Below are positions 1 through 10,472 of a stretch of 64,000 nucleotides of DNA, in pieces; the stretch's first letter is position 1; the number at the start of each line of letters is the position of its first letter. The stretch lies in the IMG/VR virus record IMGVR_UViG_3300012956_000001, positions 1 through 64,000 of that record; one strand, given 5' to 3'. A program made the position numbers and the translations under genes. The notes beneath the pieces are model-generated. The model saw nothing but the letters and a program-made list of their open reading frames with translations, made no database searches and was not told the DNA's origin. Source of the DNA: a virus (Duplodnaviria > Heunggongvirae > Uroviricota > Caudoviricetes).

Positions 1-2877
1 CGAGTAGGCGTAATTCTTACAGCATATGCTACAGAGGCAAACAACCTTACTGGTGATTCTGGTTATGGTGTAAGATTCAACTTGCCGCTTGTTACTATGG
101 GACTAGATTGGTGTTACAACGGACTTACTGTTGCACAACGTCGTCAGGCGGCCACCTGGCTGATGAATCGTGCTGATTGGGTCTGGCCTGAGAGCAATCC
201 AGCAAGACTTAATGCACACGGCACGAACAATCCAGCTATCAATTATTACTGGGGCTTCATGATGACTGGCCCTGCAGCACTGGCTGCACACGGTGATGAT
301 ACAGGCACGGGCACTGTTAGCGGTGCAGATCGTGCAAAATTTCACACAAATCTTGTGTTGTCTAGATGGAACGGCCAAGTAGCTACATTCTTTGCTGGTG
401 AAGGTGCCGGTGGCGCATGGGCAGATGGCACGGGCTATGATAGCGCATGGCGCCTTGGTGCATTTACCGACGCATTCTTTACGGCAGGAAAGCCAACACC
501 ACATCCTTTCCTGGCACAAAGCCTAGCTTGGCGTTTACATTCAACAACGCCGGGAAATCGCTTCAAGGTGCCATTTGGAATGCAGCCTCGTAGTAGCGAT
601 GGCGCATTATTTACGTATGATAGATTGTCAGCACTGTATCCACTAGCATCATCCGGTGCGTCATCTGCACTTCGTGCAAATGTATTTGCATGGCTTGATG
701 CTATCGGCCAAGTACCAGTAAGTGAATTTAATGCAACAGCAACACTAGCAGATGAGTTACTCCGATATACACCAGATTCCTCAGTTTTGCCAACGGCACT
801 TCCAAAGGGATTTGCGGCACTTGGACCGGGCCACGTAGTATATCGTCAAAATTGGACTGATCCAAATGCAACCCTACTAGCATTCACTTCTGGCCCAGTT
901 GCTGATGGTGGTGCTCGTGAAGCCAATGGCTTGATGATTTGGAAGGGTGGTTTCTGGATTTCTGCAAATGCCAACATTTACTCCGCAAGTGGAGTAGAAA
1001 CGGCAAGTTCTAACTACAATACATTAACAGTAGGCGGAGTCGGCCAACAGCTATATGGTGGAAACACAGGCGTTTTCAGTGGACCGATATTCTCTGATAC
1101 TCTTGTACGATTTGGTGGTCAAGCAAAAAACACGTATGGCTATCAAAATCAATGGAACAATACAAGATTTGTTGATGACTACACTCGTGAAGTAGCATAC
1201 TTTCCAACACAAGATATTATTGTAGTTGTAGATCGTGCAACCGCAAAAGTAGCTACAGCTGCAAAAGTATGGCGTTGGCACAGTAAAAATCCTGCCACAA
1301 TTAACGGTAATACCTTCATACTAAGCAATCCGGCAGGCGATCAACGATGCCATGTTACAGTGAATCATCCAACAGCAACGTTGGCCAATGAAACTGTGGC
1401 TCTTGGCGCTGGTGGTCTTTTGAGTTCACATGCCGTATCTGTAACTATGTCAGGTCAAGCAACCGATGTAGTAGTTACTGTATTTCAATGTAATGGACAG
1501 ACACCACTAGTGCCACAAATCACAACTGGCCAACAGGTCACTGTCACTATTGCTGGTCGTACGATAGTGTTACCAGGCGCAGCAGGCGTTGTCGTACCTC
1601 CTACGGAGCCACCGGCAACTCCAACTGTAGCAACAATTACATTGGATACGTTGGTACGATTCCAGACCATCTCCGGGTGGGAGGCGTCAGCACAAAATGG
1701 ACATGACTCTCCGGGCTTCGCTGGCTGGCGTGAATCGGTACTGGACTCCGCAGCGGCTATTGGGTTGACCCGACTTCGTATTGAAGTCAACAGCGGAACT
1801 GAAAATTCAATAGATTACTGGTCCGAGTGGATGGCAGGCAGAATCACGCGTGACGAATGGCGGGCCAAGAGATATACCCCGACGAATGACAACGCAGATC
1901 CTCTCACTGCCAATCCGGCCGGCTTTCACTTTGCCAAGTTAGACAGTCAAATCGATGGCAACGTAACACCGATGCGGGCACGAGTTCCGGGATTGAAGGT
2001 GACGCTCACATATGTCAACTTCGGCGGTAACCAGTTCCACCCACAATCCCCACAAGAGTACGCCGAGTTGTTGCTGGTAACATTCCAGCACATTCAGTCC
2101 AAGTATGGTTGGGTGCCAGATGCTGTTGAAGTAGTTTTGGAACCTGATAACGGCACAGGATGGACCGCAACACAAATGGGTAATGCCATTGTTGCTGCGG
2201 GATCACGCCTGGCGGCAGCAGGATTTACACCAGAATTTATTACACCATCGACTATGAATATGTCAGTAGCAATAACATGGTTAAATGGTATTCTGGCAGT
2301 TCCCGGTGCATCAACTTATGTAAAGGAATTAAGCTATCATAGATATGCTGGTGTAAGTGATGCCTCACTAGTTGCTATTGCCTCTCGTGCAGCACAGTTA
2401 AATATTAGAACTGCCATGTTAGAACATATTGGAAGTGGCGTCGATGCATTGTATGCTGATCTTACCCTAGGCAATGTATCATCATGGCAACAATATACCG
2501 TAGCATTCCCTACAGCGGACGATGGCGCACAATTATTCCCCATCACTAATGGAATAGTGACTACCGGATCAAGAACACATGGATTGCGACCATATTTTAC
2601 AACAGTTCGTCCGGGTGCGATACGTGTAAAAGCAACAAGTGATAATGGAGTAGTACGTACTACTGGATTTATAAACTCAAATGGGTGGCCTGTAGCTGTA
2701 TTGCATACCTCTGCTGCTGGCAATTATGTTGTCCGAGGTGTCCGTCCCGGCCGATATACCACCGTTACGTCCAATCCAGCCACACCATCATTGGGAATTA
2801 TTACTGCTGATGGTACTGGAACCTTGAGATTTTCAACTACCACATCTGGTATTGTCGCTCTTCGGGGTATTCCATAA
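1..2877 (+). CDS. 5'-truncated multidomain carbohydrate-active protein: heparinase II/III-like lyase region, Pro/Thr linker, then clan GH-A (GH30-like) glycoside hydrolase; possible virion depolymerase
   Basis: Frame is open from base 1. Lyase-like motifs NGLMIWKGG, YNTLTVGG, YTREVAYF..IIVVVDR..WRWH; linker PPTEPPATPT; TIM-barrel motifs FQTISGW, LEPDN, ELSYHRY, MLEH. Confidence 0.6.
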   Translation, partial: RVGVILTAYATEANNLTGDSGYGVRFNLPLVTMGLDWCYNGLTVAQRRQAATWLMNRADWVWPESNPARLNAHGTNNPAINYYWGFMMTGPAALAAHGDDTGTGTVSGADRAKFHTNLVLSRWNGQVATFFAGEGAGGAWADGTGYDSAWRLGAFTDAFFTAGKPTPHPFLAQSLAWRLHSTTPGNRFKVPFGMQPRSSDGALFTYDRLSALYPLASSGASSALRANVFAWLDAIGQVPVSEFNATATLADELLRYTPDSSVLPTALPKGFAALGPGHVVYRQNWTDPNATLLAFTSGPVADGGAREANGLMIWKGGFWISANANIYSASGVETASSNYNTLTVGGVGQQLYGGNTGVFSGPIFSDTLVRFGGQAKNTYGYQNQWNNTRFVDDYTREVAYFPTQDIIVVVDRATAKVATAAKVWRWHSKNPATINGNTFILSNPAGDQRCHVTVNHPTATLANETVALGAGGLLSSHAVSVTMSGQATDVVVTVFQCNGQTPLVPQITTGQQVTVTIAGRTIVLPGAAGVVVPPTEPPATPTVATITLDTLVRFQTISGWEASAQNGHDSPGFAGWRESVLDSAAAIGLTRLRIEVNSGTENSIDYWSEWMAGRITRDEWRAKRYTPTNDNADPLTANPAGFHFAKLDSQIDGNVTPMRARVPGLKVTLTYVNFGGNQFHPQSPQEYAELLLVTFQHIQSKYGWVPDAVEVVLEPDNGTGWTATQMGNAIVAAGSRLAAAGFTPEFITPSTMNMSVAITWLNGILAVPGASTYVKELSYHRYAGVSDASLVAIASRAAQLNIRTAMLEHIGSGVDALYADLTLGNVSSWQQYTVAFPTADDGAQLFPITNGIVTTGSRTHGLRPYFTTVRPGAIRVKATSDNGVVRTTGFINSNGWPVAVLHTSAAGNYVVRGVRPGRYTTVTSNPATPSLGIITADGTGTLRFSTTTSGIVALRGIP

Positions 2878-2963
2878 CGCATAAATGTCCCTAGATGGAC
2901 ATAAACACCCCTCTAACCACTATTTATGTGATTAGAGGGGTGTTTTATTATGCGAGGAATTTG

Positions 2964-4985
2964 ATGAGTACATATGCTAATCTAGCAGAAGAACTATTCT
3001 TTGAAAAGTTGTCCAACCGTCCTGCATCTAAGGCCCACCAAAAAGCATTGGAGATGGGTTTATTTTGGCTTGCCGGTCCTTATTATAGTACAAAAAAGGG
3101 CGGCGAGACCACACACAAAGCAGAAGATGATAAAATTGTACCCGTGGCAGAAAAAGAAAAGGCAGCACAAAAGACTACTTCAGCAGACACACCAGAAAAA
3201 TCTACTCCAAAAAGTCCCGGCGAACCAACTCAAAAATTAGGCGGGCCGGAAAAAACAGCGGTTAGAAAGAAAATTAAAGCACCGCTTGGATATGACACTC
3301 ATCAATTTTCTGTTGCGTTGTCTAAACGTCGTGATGATTCCATCTCTAAGTTTGAACGGTCGCCTAACTTAAAGGCCATTCAGTCAGAATTGGAGCCAGA
3401 ATTTAATAAGTTTTACGGTGAATTAGATGCTATATCTAAGATGCCAAAGGGCAAGCGCCGTAAAGCAAAGTTAGAAAACTTTGTGGCTAATTTCTCTATT
3501 ACCGTTGGTGATAAAAAGATTTATGCAAATCACTTTACTAGTATGGGCGAGTTATACAAGGTATTTGGTAATACACTAAGTAAAGAAGCACAATACTTTT
3601 TGTATATGCTAGAATCAGAAGGCATTGATGTAATTAAATCGACAAGCAAAAAGAAAAACGTACGATACCAGTTGGCCGGCCAGAGCAAGCCAAATTATGG
3701 TAGAATACACAAATACACCGACCCAACGGTAGCAAAAATATTCTCTACAAATCCTATTTTGAATGATTTGACAGAAAATTTCAAAAGCGTATTCGGACCA
3801 ACAGCCCCAGATGGAAATCTACTACGGTCTGGTGGTAAAAATGCAAATGAATATTTTGCACATTCTGTACAATCCAACAAGAGTGTAACGAACACTATTA
3901 AAGCATTAGAATCTTTTGCAGAAACAGCAGGCCAGATGCCCGATGATCCCAGAGGTTATGCTGGTGTGGCAACTGCTTTGCGACAATATCGTAAACATAT
4001 GGAAACTCTTTCTATTGCGTTTGAGGGTATGCCGCCTAAAGAACGTGCAGAACTCGTCGGCCGTATATATGAAAAATTGACGCATGACATGCACGTTGCA
4101 GACAAAGAAGTTGCGTCAGCGATTATGAAAAATATGGCAGAACAAGCACTATATGATACAGAAATTGCTGCGGGCGAGGAAGTCTATCTACCATCGGCGG
4201 GTAACTTCCCATCTGGTGACAAAATTGTTGTTAACAGAAATGGCTCACAGATAGAAAAAATAGAAACCATTAGTGTGAAGTATGGAAAGAATTCAAATAG
4301 AAGTTATGGTATGCCCAGTGAAGCTGCCAAGGTATGTTTGTATCATCCCGATGAACAAATGCGTGATATTCTTGATGGTAGAGCGGGCCGATCCGGCTAT
4401 GAACTTGGTGTCAATGGTACCATTATTCATGACCAAGGTACATTTCAAAAGATGGCTACTCTCTCGGGGGTGTCAGATGCCTTTGAGCCTGAAATACTAG
4501 AACAAATTCGTACACTGGGCATTGAGATGACGCTTATTACCAGAAAAATAAAGAGAGCCCACCCAAAGAGCAAAAATGGTGAAGTACCCGCCGCTGATCT
4601 TGGATCAATTCAAAACCACCCAGATATGCAAGCTGCGTGGAGTAAACTTCACTCGTTAATAAAGCGAGGCGATCAACAGATTATGTTGGATGTCATGGGC
4701 GAATACAACTATAAAAACATGATGAGGCCCGATGTTAACGCTATGGCGTTTTATTCTCTCATGACCTTTGGCGCAGCACTACGTACATCAAATGGGTTTC
4801 CTACTCTGTTACACAATCACCAAGAATATGCAGACGGTGAATTTATATCTAAAACCGTAGAAGGTACACCAGATTTAAAACATTGGCCTGCATTGTGGCA
4901 GCCATATGGTAGTCGTGCCGGCGGACTAAAGGTTGGATATAACCGCAATGCAAACGACACGCCAACAACCAAGAGAAGAATATGA
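2964..4985 (+). CDS. large hypothetical protein with shared N-terminal MGL..G.Y..THK module; C-terminal region possibly PD-(D/E)XK nuclease-like
   Basis: ATG 2964 follows GAGGA; KALEMGL..YY..GETTHK..KIVPV; C-terminal PSAGNFPSGD...ISVK. Confidence 0.6.
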   Translation: MSTYANLAEELFFEKLSNRPASKAHQKALEMGLFWLAGPYYSTKKGGETTHKAEDDKIVPVAEKEKAAQKTTSADTPEKSTPKSPGEPTQKLGGPEKTAVRKKIKAPLGYDTHQFSVALSKRRDDSISKFERSPNLKAIQSELEPEFNKFYGELDAISKMPKGKRRKAKLENFVANFSITVGDKKIYANHFTSMGELYKVFGNTLSKEAQYFLYMLESEGIDVIKSTSKKKNVRYQLAGQSKPNYGRIHKYTDPTVAKIFSTNPILNDLTENFKSVFGPTAPDGNLLRSGGKNANEYFAHSVQSNKSVTNTIKALESFAETAGQMPDDPRGYAGVATALRQYRKHMETLSIAFEGMPPKERAELVGRIYEKLTHDMHVADKEVASAIMKNMAEQALYDTEIAAGEEVYLPSAGNFPSGDKIVVNRNGSQIEKIETISVKYGKNSNRSYGMPSEAAKVCLYHPDEQMRDILDGRAGRSGYELGVNGTIIHDQGTFQKMATLSGVSDAFEPEILEQIRTLGIEMTLITRKIKRAHPKSKNGEVPAADLGSIQNHPDMQAAWSKLHSLIKRGDQQIMLDVMGEYNYKNMMRPDVNAMAFYSLMTFGAALRTSNGFPTLLHNHQEYADGEFISKTVEGTPDLKHWPALWQPYGSRAGGLKVGYNRNANDTPTTKRRI

Positions 4986-5659
4986 GCGTTATAGAAAAAA
5001 TCAAAACAGTACCGTTTGCGACAACAAACTACATTAATGAATCATCTCCAAAACGGCAGATATACATTCATCATACTGCATCGTCGCCAAATCCGTATGG
5101 TGTAATTAAGTGGTGGGAAAGTACACCGGAAACTGTTGCTACATCATTTGTCATAGGCGGCACCACAGGACCGCAATGGAAGGATGGTGATATTGTACAA
5201 GCCTTTGGTAGTGCAAAGTGGGGGTGGCATCTTGGATTGGCAGCAAAGCATCTTAAGGCGGGTGGTCCTACTGCCTGGTCAAACAAGGAATTGAACCGAC
5301 AAAGCATTGGGATTGAAATTTGTAATTGGGGTTACCTAACCAAAACAAGTAAGGGCTTCAAAAACTATGCGGGTGGCATCGTTCCCGACGCAGAGGTAGT
5401 AGAATTGGAAGTCCCCTATAAGGGATACAAATACTATCAGAGATACACCACTGCTCAACTAGACAATACTGCAGAATTGCTGAGATACCTATGTGACAAA
5501 TGGAACATCCCATCGGCCTTCAAGGGATCTCGTATATTTGACATCTGTCCAGATGCACTACAAGGCGCACCGGGCATTTGGACCCACACATCGGTTAGAC
5601 CCGATAAGTTTGATTGCTTCCCTCAAAAGGAATTAATCTCAATGTTGTCATCTTTGTAA
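4982..5659 (+). CDS. N-acetylmuramoyl-L-alanine amidase (Amidase_2), probable endolysin
   Basis: IYIHHTA, SIGIEICN, YTTAQLD, IWTH...KFDCFP zinc amidase motifs. Confidence 0.9.
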   Translation: MSVIEKIKTVPFATTNYINESSPKRQIYIHHTASSPNPYGVIKWWESTPETVATSFVIGGTTGPQWKDGDIVQAFGSAKWGWHLGLAAKHLKAGGPTAWSNKELNRQSIGIEICNWGYLTKTSKGFKNYAGGIVPDAEVVELEVPYKGYKYYQRYTTAQLDNTAELLRYLCDKWNIPSAFKGSRIFDICPDALQGAPGIWTHTSVRPDKFDCFPQKELISMLSSL

Positions 5660-5665
5660 ATATTT

Positions 5666-6436
5666 ATGATTAAGCTAGGCACCTTGGTAGAATCCATTAC
5701 GAATGAATCAACCGCATCTGAAGAAGCAAAGAAGATGGGGCTGACGCATGCTGGATGGGGCCGATATAAGGACAGCTCTGGCAAGATCACGCACAAAAGT
5801 GTTGATAACAAACTTGTAAAAATTGGTGGGTCTGATCCTGTTGCTGACCCAACCCCACGAACGGATCGCCCACAACGCCGGCGAACTAAGACAGCTAAGA
5901 AAGCGTCAGTAGCAACAACAAAGATTGCTGTGAATCAGGCCGATACCAAACCAGATCCGTCATTTGATGAACTACGTGCCGTTGCAAAACAGCATCGTAA
6001 TGTTATCATGACCGAGAAGCCGTTAACTGCTCTTAACTTTCCTTCTGGTGGTGTTCCACAACGAATGGGTGTTGCTGGCAAGCCAGAGGGTCTGTGGTAT
6101 GGTATTGGATCATCGTGGGTGGATTGGACTTCGTATGAAATGCCCGGATGGAAGGGAAACAATCTATACTCTGTCGAGATAGATTATTCGAATGTTCTTG
6201 TATTGGACACCATTGAAAAAATGAAAAAGTTTGAACGTCAATACAAAAAACAAAATCAGTACGGTCTTAAGTCTATAGATTGGACTGAGGTGAGTGCAAA
6301 ATACGACGGCATAGAGATTCCTATATACCAGAGTTCTATGCGATTTACGGATTGGTATTATCCGTGGGATGTTGCCTCTGGGTGTATATGGAACCCCAAA
6401 GCCATAAAAAACGTGGTCCAACTACCCATAACCTAG
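5666..6436 (+). CDS. hypothetical protein with shared N-terminal module and conserved-looking C-terminal domain
   Basis: EEAKKMGLTHAGWGRYKDSSGKITHK; C-terminal KPEGLWY, YDGIEI, WDVASGCIWN. Confidence 0.7.
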   Translation: MIKLGTLVESITNESTASEEAKKMGLTHAGWGRYKDSSGKITHKSVDNKLVKIGGSDPVADPTPRTDRPQRRRTKTAKKASVATTKIAVNQADTKPDPSFDELRAVAKQHRNVIMTEKPLTALNFPSGGVPQRMGVAGKPEGLWYGIGSSWVDWTSYEMPGWKGNNLYSVEIDYSNVLVLDTIEKMKKFERQYKKQNQYGLKSIDWTEVSAKYDGIEIPIYQSSMRFTDWYYPWDVASGCIWNPKAIKNVVQLPIT

Positions 6437-6503
6437 AAGTTTATATTGTTGTGGCTCCTGCCAAACTAGTTATATACAGTACACTTTTACCAGAGAATGT
6501 AAT

Positions 6504-6983
6504 ATGATTCGGATGCTTGGTATTGTAGGTCAGCAACCACTCGGTACAGATAAATCGACGTATGATCGCATGGTACGTCATACAGAGCGTATGTTTGGGT
6601 TAACCGAAGATACCTTTGATAAGCCCGTGGTGTCTGAAACTCTTGTAAACACAGAGTCTAAAATTACTCGTAGCACCCTACAGAAGCTTGTCAAGGAAGA
6701 ATACACAAAGATTCTTGATGAAGCTCGTAAGGCCGCTCCAAAGATTGAAAAAAAGCTTGAAGAATGTCGTAAGGAAATGATGGCTGAATTTGTCCAACGT
6801 GAACGTATTGGTAGCACCTTTGATCCGGTCATGGAAAAGAGAATTCAGATTAATACCGTATCAGAAATGATCGATGTACCAGTCAATGAACTGGTCTTGT
6901 ATTTCATCAATAACGTAAAGACTTCTAACACTCGAAAGATGGTAGAATACCGTCTAGGACATGTGTACTTCTATGCCCTCTAA
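6504..6983 (+). CDS. hypothetical protein, possibly head-associated
   Basis: 159-aa ORF in the gene run; KITRSTLQKLVKEEYTKILDE helix. Confidence 0.6.
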   Translation: MIRMLGIVGQQPLGTDKSTYDRMVRHTERMFGLTEDTFDKPVVSETLVNTESKITRSTLQKLVKEEYTKILDEARKAAPKIEKKLEECRKEMMAEFVQRERIGSTFDPVMEKRIQINTVSEMIDVPVNELVLYFINNVKTSNTRKMVEYRLGHVYFYAL

Positions 6984-7725
6984 GCGTATCTCTCTAGCAC
7001 AGATGCTAACCGAGGCCGACGCTGGTGAAGAAGCCAAGCGTATGGGCTTGGATTATTTGTCATTTGGTCGATATGGTAAGGACGGCAAAGTTACCCATAA
7101 AAATCAAAACGGCAAACTTGTTCCGATTGATCCAAAGGTGGATAGTGAAGACGAAGAAGATTACGAGGATTATGCACGTAATCGATATATCTCCACCGAC
7201 GACGAAGGTGATGCAGCATACGAAGAACCAGCACAAGGTCAATCGCTTAAGAATACTGCACGTAATGAACCACCCAATGGCATCAAGGCAACTCCTGCAC
7301 AGGGCAAGCCTGCTACGGATTTTGGATTTGAAGATGATCCAGCAGATAAGTTAAGTTCACCAGAAACACTTACCAAGATTATTCAATGGGCAACTGCTCG
7401 GTTGTCTAAAATGAGCAATCCAGCTGGCACTGATCAAACCGACCGTGACGCACGAAAGTGGGGATCTGATCCTATGGATATGGGTACGAGCAAGTTGGCG
7501 TCGGACCCCAATGATCCGTTTAGCCCCTATGCCGAACCAGAAACATCACATTCCTCACGAGGCAAGCCATTGCCTAAGAGCAACGATCCAGAGGAAGATG
7601 CATACTACAACAGTTTGAATAATCCTGATGAAACAGATTCGTATCACTTTAGACCCGATGAATCGGTCAATCTAAGTAAGATGCTAAAAATCGAATCAGC
7701 AAAGAGTCGTAAAAAGAAGAAGTAA
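6973..7725 (+). CDS. acidic hypothetical protein with shared N-terminal module
   Basis: EEAKRMGLDYLSFGRYGKDGKVTHK..KLVPI. Confidence 0.7.
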   Translation: MPSKRISLAQMLTEADAGEEAKRMGLDYLSFGRYGKDGKVTHKNQNGKLVPIDPKVDSEDEEDYEDYARNRYISTDDEGDAAYEEPAQGQSLKNTARNEPPNGIKATPAQGKPATDFGFEDDPADKLSSPETLTKIIQWATARLSKMSNPAGTDQTDRDARKWGSDPMDMGTSKLASDPNDPFSPYAEPETSHSSRGKPLPKSNDPEEDAYYNSLNNPDETDSYHFRPDESVNLSKMLKIESAKSRKKKK

Positions 7726-7786
7726 CTATTGCCAAACGTTTTACAGTTGAGTATATTTTGTGTTTACCTCAACAACCAAAGGTCTT

Positions 7787-8443
7787 ATGAAAAATACAGT
7801 TGAATTGGTAGGAACTTACGGGGGTGACTTGGAGCATGCATTGAGTGCATGGACAAGCACCCATCGTGATTTAACGGATGAAAAGATTGCACGTATTCCA
7901 AAGCTATTGGAATTTCTGGTTAAGGGATCTGATGGTAAGTCTCACGAAACGCCATTTGAAAAATCGGCATTGCACTTCCTAGTACGAACGGACATTGCCA
8001 CTCACATTCACATTATCAAGCATCGTATTGCTGTGTCCGTCAATGGTGAGTCGGCACGATATCGTGAGCTCGCCAATCCATCGGCGTATATTCCCGAAGA
8101 TTGGCCACAAGAATGGCAAGACAAGCTGGCCGAACATACCAAGACTTCGTTTAGTTTGTATTCTGCGGCGGTTGACGAGTTACAGTCAAAGTATGGATTT
8201 GATGCCAAACGAGCCAAGGAAAGTGCCCGATTCTTCAATCCGTATGCCACACAACTCACAGCAGATGTACAATTCAATTTTCGTAGTTTTGTACATTTTT
8301 GTAAACTTCGTGGTGTCGGCGGTGCTCAAAAGGAAGTACGTGAACTAACTCACGAAATGATTCGACAGGTTATGTCCATTGAGGGCGATCCATTCCACCA
8401 CAGTATTCGGGCATGGAAGTTACATGAGTTGGTCGATGGATGA
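7787..8443 (+). CDS. thyX: FAD-dependent thymidylate synthase
   Basis: HETPFE, KHRIAVSVNGESARY (RHRx7S-like motif), ESARFFNP, NFRSFVHFCKLR..AQKEVR. Confidence 0.92.
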   Translation: MKNTVELVGTYGGDLEHALSAWTSTHRDLTDEKIARIPKLLEFLVKGSDGKSHETPFEKSALHFLVRTDIATHIHIIKHRIAVSVNGESARYRELANPSAYIPEDWPQEWQDKLAEHTKTSFSLYSAAVDELQSKYGFDAKRAKESARFFNPYATQLTADVQFNFRSFVHFCKLRGVGGAQKEVRELTHEMIRQVMSIEGDPFHHSIRAWKLHELVDG

Positions 8444-8663
8444 AACTGTATTGTATGTCCCCGATGGTGAACGTATGTTTTCCATGTGTCTTCGATTAGA
8501 ACGTGCTGGCTATCGTCTGGTAGATGTACTACCACGACTTCGAATCATTACTATATTGATGACCGATGAACAACGTAAACAATCTACCAAATACGCGGAA
8601 GAGCAAACATGGACGAACGTAATGAACACATTGAAAAACTCCAAGTCGAATTACATAATGTAA
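8436..8663 (+). CDS. hypothetical protein
   Basis: ORF overlapping the thyX stop codon. Confidence 0.5.
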   Translation: MDETVLYVPDGERMFSMCLRLERAGYRLVDVLPRLRIITILMTDEQRKQSTKYAEEQTWTNVMNTLKNSKSNYIM

Positions 8664-8849
8664 ACAAACGACTTGCGTTGATGGAACGAAAGATGCGTGA
8701 AATGGAAGTGAATGTTCGACGTACGGCACGAATGGCAGAACAAAATAAAGCTAGGGTTCGATAATGTTATCCAACAAACTAGATACCGTGCTAGAATATC
8801 TGTCGATTGTATGTGAATTCATCTCTGGATTATTTGAAGGATTATCATA

Positions 8850-9524
8850 ATGGTCAATAAATTGATTGGTGTGTATAAAATTACATCCAAGTCTACTGGT
8901 AAGTTTTATATAGGATCGTCCAGTACATCTATTAAACGTCGATGGGACGCACATCTTAGATTAATGAAACATGGCACGCATCATAATTCTGGACTTCAAT
9001 TGTTGTATGATACATACGGAGACGATGATTTTTTGTTTGAAATTATTTCTTCAAATTTTAGCGACGCAATATCTATACAACACGAAGAGCAACGTCTATT
9101 AAATGTATACTATGGATCATCACATTGCATTAATGAATGTTTGCAGGTTTCTACTAGACTTGGAAGTAAGCAATCAGATAGAGCTAAAGAATTGATTTCC
9201 AAGGTACATAAAGGTAAACCAAAGTCTAACATACAAAAACAAAAGATGAGCCAATCACAAAAGGGACGAGAATTTAGCAAAGAAACTAGACATCGTATGT
9301 CTGAATCAGCAAAAACTAAAGTGTTTTCTGATTCACACAAATCTAATATCTCTGATTCTTCTAAACGGATGTGGTCGAGTAGATCTAAAGAACAAAATCA
9401 ATTAATAGCCGACAAAATCAGACAATCTAATACAGGAAAGTCATTTTCGGACGAACGAAGAGAAAAAATTAGTATAGCTTTAAAGGCATATTGGAACAAT
9501 AAAAGAGGACTAAATGACCGATAG
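8850..9524 (+). CDS. GIY-YIG homing endonuclease with NUMOD3-type repeats (Seg-like)
   Basis: GVYKITSKSTGKFYIGSS..RRW..H; repeated S.E.+.KMS/KIS units. Confidence 0.9.
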   Translation: MVNKLIGVYKITSKSTGKFYIGSSSTSIKRRWDAHLRLMKHGTHHNSGLQLLYDTYGDDDFLFEIISSNFSDAISIQHEEQRLLNVYYGSSHCINECLQVSTRLGSKQSDRAKELISKVHKGKPKSNIQKQKMSQSQKGREFSKETRHRMSESAKTKVFSDSHKSNISDSSKRMWSSRSKEQNQLIADKIRQSNTGKSFSDERREKISIALKAYWNNKRGLNDR

Positions 9525-10095
9525 AATTTGTGTAAATATGTTGGGTGGTCCTAGTTCTGGTAAATCGGTGGCAGCAGCTGCGCTATTTGTTAATCTAAAA
9601 AGATTACATGTAGATTGTGAATTAGTTACTGAGGTTGCAAAAGATCTTGTGTATGAAAGTAATAAAACTGCACTATCAGATCAAATTTTAGTATTTGCAA
9701 ATACTTTGTACAAAACACGTAATGCCTATAATAACACGAAGGTCGCAGTCGTAGATTCTCCACTTCTTCTATCGGCAATTTACAACCCAAACACTTCAAA
9801 ACATCTTGTTGATCTGGTCTTTGAGCAATATAGAAAGTTCAACAACTTAAACATTTTTGTAAATCGTGATCCGTCATATCCACACAGTATGAATGGTCGA
9901 ATTCATTCCCTGACCGAGAGCATCACGATTGATAATCAAATTATTCGGTTACTAGAAACGCATGATATTCCATATATCCGATATGATATGATTGACGAAT
10001 CTGGACTGATTGATCTCATTTGTAAGGAGATTGGTCATGCAGAAGCTACAGCTGTTCAACAAACAAGATTGGAAAGAGGGTCCGTGGCAGCGTGA
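9514..10095 (+). CDS. NadR/Ttd14-like (AAA_28) P-loop kinase/ATPase
   Basis: GGPSSGKS Walker A, ELVTEVAKDL, VVDSPLLLS. Confidence 0.75.
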   Translation: MTDRICVNMLGGPSSGKSVAAAALFVNLKRLHVDCELVTEVAKDLVYESNKTALSDQILVFANTLYKTRNAYNNTKVAVVDSPLLLSAIYNPNTSKHLVDLVFEQYRKFNNLNIFVNRDPSYPHSMNGRIHSLTESITIDNQIIRLLETHDIPYIRYDMIDESGLIDLICKEIGHAEATAVQQTRLERGSVAA

Positions 10096-10471
10096 AGCCG
10101 ATTTGATTCGATGGATTGATCCATTGACACATTTGCCATGTAGTATTATACGCAGCGAAGAAACAGGTGTTTGGTGTGGGTATGTTGCCATTGATTACCG
10201 ACATCCCCTGTATATGGTCAACAAGCGTGATGCGACCTATGAGTATATTGATGTACACGGCGGCATTAGTTTTGCTGATTTTTTGAAACATCACGATACA
10301 TGGATCGTACCAATGGAACGTCGGTGGTGGATTGGATTTGATTGCATGAAGAAACTGGATCTTGCACCACGAGTGTTACACCAGAATGAAGACATCTTGG
10401 AGTATCGTACAGAAGATTATGTACACACCGAGGTTTCATTCTTGGCACAACAACTCCAATTGATGGAATGA
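10037..10471 (+). CDS. conserved phage hypothetical protein
   Basis: RBS AAGGAG; WCGYV, DVHGGISF, WWIGFDC motifs. Confidence 0.7.
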   Translation: MQKLQLFNKQDWKEGPWQREADLIRWIDPLTHLPCSIIRSEETGVWCGYVAIDYRHPLYMVNKRDATYEYIDVHGGISFADFLKHHDTWIVPMERRWWIGFDCMKKLDLAPRVLHQNEDILEYRTEDYVHTEVSFLAQQLQLME

Positions 10472-10472
10472 T

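Noticed and set aside
8850-9524. Group I intron-encoded endonuclease splitting a gene
   Set aside because: thyX and the downstream kinase appear intact and no intron core is evident; treated as free-standing
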